This document shows positions 60,602 to 64,000 of a stretch of DNA of 64,000 bases, one piece after another. The position numbers and the translations under genes are program-made. Below the pieces are notes generated by a model. The model saw only the letters and a list, made by a program, of their open reading frames with translations. It had not been told where the DNA came from and searched no databases. Numbering within the stretch: the stretch's first letter is position 1; every line of letters begins with the position of its first letter. Source of the stretch: Lepidodermella squamata (lineage: Eukaryota > Animalia > Gastrotricha); the NCBI GenBank assembly GCA_047495785.1, contig JBLDXI010000010.1:1302001-1366000 (forward strand). Reading direction: 5' to 3'.

Positions 60602-62382
60602 CATAGACAATGATGGTACAGATCGGACACTCACGCACTTCGCATTGAAACACTAATTATGCGTGGATCGGCCATTATAAATCCGGCCGAAAAGTCGTTG
60701 TTCTCCTAAATTCTTGAAAAAAATATCGAAAAATCGGGCATTTTTTTACGGTAATAATGATCCAAGTCCCGTAGTGCGGTTCGATTTCGTTGCCGAGAAA
60801 ATCAATATCGAAAAATCGATTACTCACACTCTGTATTGTTGTGTTGCGTCATCGCGTGCCATGCTCACTCGATAAAAATAAGCATTCGAAAAATGTAAAG
60901 TTGTTGTGTGCATGTGTCATTAAAGTCAGCACTTCAGAGGAAATTTTTAAGGAGGATTTCTTGAAATCTATTTCCTACCCATTTTTATTGAGTTTCATTT
61001 GTATAATGGCGACGATAGCAGCCAAAAGGTGAGTGATGATCCTCCTTAAATTGTGCTCATTTTTATTTTTTTTTTCCAAAATTTTGAAACCGATAAAAAT
61101 ATTTAGTATAGGCTGCAAAATTGTGAAAGAAATTTGAAGTAGGTTTTATTATAAATCTATGAAACAAAATCTCATTTATTGGAAAATAATTCGAAAATTG
61201 ATTTAATTCAATTTTAAATTTAAAAATTGATTTTTCCATAATTTTTTTGAATTTTTCGATATTTTTTATTCAGACCAAGGTTGATTTTGCCTCGATAATT
61301 GAGACTTTATTTTCTTCTAGGTTGCTGAGCTTCATGATTTAACTGAATGGGACGAACTTGAAGCTGAAGACGAGTTACTGCAAAGAGGAATGGAGTACGA
61401 AGCAACGCTCCCCCTAATTGGGGAAGAAATTATTGCCAACATTGGTGGATTTTGCGTCAAAAAACTTCTAACTGACAAGCTGAAATGCCCCGGCTGCATC
61501 GATTCCCTGACACGCGATTTCCTTCTGACTCCATGCCGTGTGATAAAGGGCTTCAGTTTCCGAAAACAAGACGGGAAATTATGGTAATAAACATTTTGCT
61601 TGGAATTCGCTATCTAAAAGTACGATTTCAGTCTCACTCGCCAGTCGTTGACGGTATATCGAATCGTGAAATCCGTCCGGTCGATCATACGTGAAAATCT
61701 GGACAATTACATAAGAACTTCACTACCCATCGTTGCCGTGCAAAGAACGCTTTTTTACGCGGCTTGTGCCAGGCCGGTGCTTCTTGACGGCCTTTGCCAA
61801 GAATTCGACGCCGGTGCTGCGCCACACTCTCATCAACTCTTCAAATCGATTGTCGCTGTTGCGGCTGGAACTTTCCTTCGCCATGAGCTCAAAATGCGGC
61901 AGGTGGCTATGAAGCAACCGACGAAAAGCCGTAAAGCGGCTCAAAACGAAAACATGTGAATGAAAAATGAAAAACGCTTCAATTTCTTTCTATTTTGATA
62001 TCTATCTACAATTTTTCGATCAACTTAAATTAAAGCTGAAAAATAGCAATAAAAATAGAGTATGCCACAGATGTTCGTTTTTCGTAACAATCAAATTTTG
62101 AGTGGCGCTAAAAAAAACTTGAAAATAGACTTAACAACTGACAAAAATCGCTACAATCTTTTTTCCTAATTTAAAAATCATAGGGAAGGAACCGCACCTC
62201 GAAGTTTGCATCACTAGCATCCTTGAAAGATGAGGAATTTTTAGGTCCAAGTTTCAAAAAATTCCGAGGCCTACGACTATTTTCACCTTTTAAATCAATG
62301 CATTTAAATTAGTGTGCAAATTTATGGTTTAGCGTAAACAGGCAAGTGCGTGAGTGTCCGATCTGTTACATCATTGTCTATG
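60602..62382 (+). mobile_element. Non-autonomous P-superfamily DNA transposon (1781 bp, 39-bp TIRs)
   Basis: TIRs 60602-60640 and 62344-62382: catagacaatgatg(gt/ta)acagatcggacactcacgcactt, 37/39 identical, with CA...TG termini. Its 8-bp TSD partners are found at displaced positions, and the internal exons resemble a P/THAP9 transposase C-terminus. Confidence 0.85.
61321..61959 (+). pseudogene. Spliced remnant resembling the C-terminal domain of a P-element/THAP9 transposase
   Basis: Exons ~61321-61583 and 61632-61959 (48-bp GT-AG intron) join in frame: IANIGGFCVKKLLTDKLKCPGCIDSL...GKLCLTRQSLTVYRIVK...HSHQLFKSIV...FLRHELK, compared with the recalled family pattern YIAGFVVRKL..KC..C...L...GGL..PS...H...L+K.I. 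No THAP or catalytic domain is visible. Confidence 0.55.
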
Positions 62383-64000
62383 GCGTCAACAAATCTGTAG
62401 CGTACTTCCATGCGTACCCTTTCGATCTCTCCATCAGATAAATTTGACCGTTGTAGACCAGCGGTTCGAAAAAGCCTGACCCTGGCGTTGCATTAATGAT
62501 ATCAGTCGAATAAGCCAGAATGAATGCATTTGCTACATTTTGAAGGGTGAGGTCACGATATCTCGAATGACCAGGATCACCTCCCCAAGCTGCCCATTCT
62601 TCGGTTTTCGAGTATGGTGTAAAATTGTCCAGAACAACTCGAGTTATATCGCCCTTCTGACTATCGACCGTGTACAGGCTTTCATCGTCCATTACCAAGT
62701 AAGAATCAGTGACGTCCTCAGAAATAGCATCAGTGATCGCAAAAGGCCTGAAGCGATCGCTGCCTGCGTCGTTGTAAATCCCCACGATGCCACCCGAAAT
62801 TATCGAGAAAATACTGTTCCGGTTAACAATTGGCCCGTTATTCGGATGATACTGACGCAAGCCCATATAGCTCTTGATAGATCCTTCGAATCTGTCCAAA
62901 GTAACAAAGGAATCATCTTGGGCTATGACTACTCCATCAGGAGACAATGCCGCTGTTGCAGCTCGATAATCAGAGCCAATATTGACACTTTGCGATCGCC
63001 ATTTGGGACCATTAACTTCGTTGTAGTTGAACGCTACCTCGTCATCTGATGGCCATAATACGAAAACAAAAGCTGCATCGTCGCTAACTGGCTGCCATTC
63101 GTAGCCGTTATACAGTCTATCACCGATAACGCAGTGTTCGTCCATATTACCATTGGTCGCGTTAAGCGTACAGTATCCCTTATTCACTGATATTATCAGG
63201 GTATCGTCATTCATCAAAGCCAAGCCCATAACATTGATGTCAGAGGTAGATGAAACCAATTCTTGGCTTTTGAAGACATACGCGCCATCTGTAATTTTGA
63301 GAGCATGGACTCGCCGATGAGCCAAGAAGTAAACCAATCCATTGCTGTCACTTACAACACCAGGCAATCTTTCAAAATTTTGATCTTCAGTCTCCGGTAG
63401 GTCGATTTGAGTATCCCACTCCGCTACGAGGCCGTTAGCCCTTATGGCATGGAAAATCACACCTGTTTCCAGGTGGTAGCTTTTTGTGAATATGTAGTTG
63501 TAGGCCTTTGAAGCAAAAGGCTGCGAGAAAAGACAGCCTTCAAATGGGCAGTTAAATTGCCATTCCAATTGCTTGTGAAGATATTTCTTTTCGAAAATCC
63601 AGATTGTAGCGTCAACTCGGGACATTACAAAAATTTGATCGCCTAAAATCAGCGGCTCGTGGAGTAGGATAGAAGTGCCGTTTGTCAACTTGTGCTTCGC
63701 TACTCCGGTGAATGAATTCATCCCAGCTGGGCTCGAAAAATTCAAGTATCTTGTATGACCGTTATTACCTCCAGAGTTCAGCCAGTCAAAATTTGTCTGG
63801 AAAGGTCGGGGCGTGGTCGATGTGGATTTTGTTGGAATTATCGGGTCGTATTCCAATGTGTATTTAGACATCTCGCCCCCGCCATCGATTACGTAGATGT
63901 AATCGTGGCTTAGCACCAGGTGAGTTCTCGTAGGATCAGTTGTAAAGCTGCTTTGAAATACCTCCTTGGTATTTCGGTTTACTCCAGCGAAACCATTTTT
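62383..64000 (-). pseudogene. Family member 4, 5' portion (start beyond the window), interrupted at the transposon
   Basis: The frame is open from the window edge to ...GYAWKYATDLLT and stops in the TIR. It ends with TSD C' (gcgtcaac, 62383-62390). Confidence 0.85.

Noticed and set aside
55804-62382. CRISPR-like repeats
   Set aside because: Only four related sequences, kilobases apart, in a eukaryotic context with no cas genes.

Overview
Eukaryotic (animal, probably invertebrate) genomic DNA with very short introns of about 45-60 bp. Left to right: an intronless SGS-type RHS/YD-shell toxin gene whose C-terminus carries two CNF1/BLF1-like deamidase-type repeats between furin sites; two more intronless secreted-protein genes plus a decayed duplicate; MITEs and a Penelope remnant; a multi-exon LamG-EGF-Sushi membrane protein; two divergent K2P channels; a class C GPCR; and a tandem family of four type I membrane proteins built from ~400-aa PQQ-like beta-propeller repeats. 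The main finding is at 52982-64000, where the last two family members are scrambled into fully open coding fragments in mixed order and orientation. The fragments are separated by two 31-32 bp excision footprints and one 1781-bp P-element-like transposon with 39-bp TIRs. Three pairs of 8-bp target-site duplications let both genes be reassembled exactly in frame, and the L/R identity of all six transposon ends fits three local insertions followed by two nested inversions. All family assignments are by eye from motifs; no searches were run.
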